Below, one piece after another: positions 54,624 to 55,908 of a stretch of DNA of 55,908 nucleotides; position 1 is the first letter of the stretch, and the number at the start of each line of letters is the position of its first letter. Made by a program: the position numbers and the translations under genes. Source of the stretch: a virus (Duplodnaviria > Caudoviricetes); IMG/VR virus record IMGVR_UViG_3300027198_000001, positions 1-55,908 of that record; one strand, 5' to 3'. The notes below the pieces were generated by a model that was given only the letters and a program-made list of their open reading frames with translations, was not told the origin of the DNA and made no database searches.

Positions 54624-55239
54624 AGACGGTCACAGCCGCCACACATTCCACATGGTATCGGGACACTACATCGCCAGTATCCAAGGCCTTGTTGGCACGA
54701 TTGCCAGCTACATGTTCGCACCATGTGTCCCACCAGTATTGAGTGCCTTCCAGCTGACACATCTCTACATAAGCCGTCACTTTCTTGCGCTTGCTTGCGG
54801 CGGTCATCTTGGCGGGTGGTGTTTGCACTGCACTAGGCTTGATGCCTAGGCGCTTGATGTTATGGCTGTCGATACAGGCCACGTTGAAGCCAAACATTTG
54901 GGCCACGAAAGCCGCTTTCACCATGCCTAGGTTCGGGATGTCGATAAACAACAGGATCGCCGCAACACAAGCCTCGACACTATCTGTGCCTAGGGTGTCT
55001 TTGATATGGTTAACCTTGCCCCACAAGAAAGCGTCATGTGTTGTGACGTAGTCGTATCCGTCACCCTTCTTGCCCCACATGAACCGACTAGCAGCGCCAA
55101 GCTTGTTCGTGTCTTGGACTTGTGCAAGGCAGGTTGAAAGCCCCGCCTGAATTGTCGCTAAGGTAAAAACTACAACAGGCTTTACCGATTGCTTGGCTTC
55201 ACAGATTGCCATGATGGCTTGAACGTCACGAGTATACAT
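54622..55239 (-). CDS. HhH-superfamily DNA glycosylase-like protein
   Basis: IPNLGMVKAAF helix-hairpin-helix followed by ACIDSH; first gene of the - arm, RBS GGAGA. Confidence 0.6.
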   Translation of the reverse strand: MYTRDVQAIMAICEAKQSVKPVVVFTLATIQAGLSTCLAQVQDTNKLGAASRFMWGKKGDGYDYVTTHDAFLWGKVNHIKDTLGTDSVEACVAAILLFIDIPNLGMVKAAFVAQMFGFNVACIDSHNIKRLGIKPSAVQTPPAKMTAASKRKKVTAYVEMCQLEGTQYWWDTWCEHVAGNRANKALDTGDVVSRYHVECVAAVTV

Positions 55240-55549
55240 TTGTCAGTCTCCAAACTGAATTAAAACATTGATACGGCCAGTCTTACCTACGGGAACAATG
55301 CTGCAACAGACTATTGTTTTATCCCTTATTCGGTGGCGAAGCGCCGTGACCGCACTGATGTTTTAACTTAGACCATAATCGGGTTGCCCCTAGGTGTCGA
55401 ATTCGTGCCAGCAATTTCAAAAAGCGTTCGGGCTTTCACCCTCATAAATTCAAACCATCGCCGCAACTCTTAGGCCTCGCCGCCCGTTCCGTGTTGCTTA
55501 GGTCTAAACCCGTATCTAGCAGCGCCTTGTTTGCCGTTTCGATATGACT

Positions 55550-55578
55550 GTTATGACTTTGCTTTTCATATCGTGCAA
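55550..55578 (-). promoter_or_regulatory. Early sigma70-like promoter
   Basis: TTGCAC-N17-CATAAC on the - strand with an AT-rich upstream element. Confidence 0.5.
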
Positions 55579-55705
55579 CAAGAAAAACCAAATAAAGTGA
55601 AATTAATTTTAAAGCCCAATAAAATAAGGGGTTTTATGCATAGGTTTTTGCTTGGATGCGTCCCAGGTTTTACCTAATTTTGCTTTTTTGACGTGAAAAA
55701 CACCC

Positions 55706-55908
55706 CGAATCAGCAAAACGAATCAGCAAAACGAATCAGCGTGACAGGATCGTAAGACAGGGACAGCGTGACAGGATCGTAAGACAGGGACAGCGTGACA
55801 GGATCGTAAGACAGGGACAGCGTGACAGGGACAGCGTGACAGGATCGTAAGACAGGGACAGCGTGACAGGATCGTAAGACAGGGACAGCGTGACGCCAAA
55901 ACGATGCA
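55706..55908. repeat. Right terminal tandem array / terminal repeat
   Basis: About 2.7 copies of CGAATCAGCAAAA, then B-A-B-A-B-A-A-B-A-B-A and the tail GACGCCAAAACGATGCA. Confidence 0.95.

Noticed and set aside
55260-55366. HDV-like, twister or hammerhead ribozyme
   Set aside because: Pseudoknot-like topology only; the conserved catalytic core sequences were not found

Overview
The window is an apparently complete ~55.9 kb dsDNA podovirus genome of the HMO-2011 type. The assignment rests on a family-A DNA polymerase carrying an inserted DnaJ-like CxxC zinc finger, plus a separate primase and helicase, tyrosine integrase, class II RNR, ThyX, PhoH and MazG, with no phage RNA polymerase. The host is probably a marine alphaproteobacterium (inferred from DUF1127 and the phage type). 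The genome has two convergent arms meeting at a bidirectional terminator near 35.64 kb. The + arm (1.1-35.6 kb) covers packaging, head, a multi-fibre cassette, tail, lysis and internal virion proteins. The - arm (55.2-35.7 kb) covers early small genes, integrase, replication, nucleotide metabolism and tRNA-Arg. Both ends carry a mosaic 13/14-bp tandem array and share a 126-bp identical block. The most notable observations are: (1) a head-module protein built as pre-toxin-TG-like domain + SAM methyltransferase + conserved core, punctuated by repeated [FYM]xxGG motifs (candidate polymorphic virion-cargo system); (2) a CCA-ended tRNA-like RNA with no canonical D or anticodon arm, directly behind tRNA-Arg; (3) an Acb2/Tad1-like small protein; (4) an HhH DNA-glycosylase-like first early gene; (5) several repeated regulatory DNA/RNA motifs. 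All family assignments come from motif recognition by eye, not from database searches.
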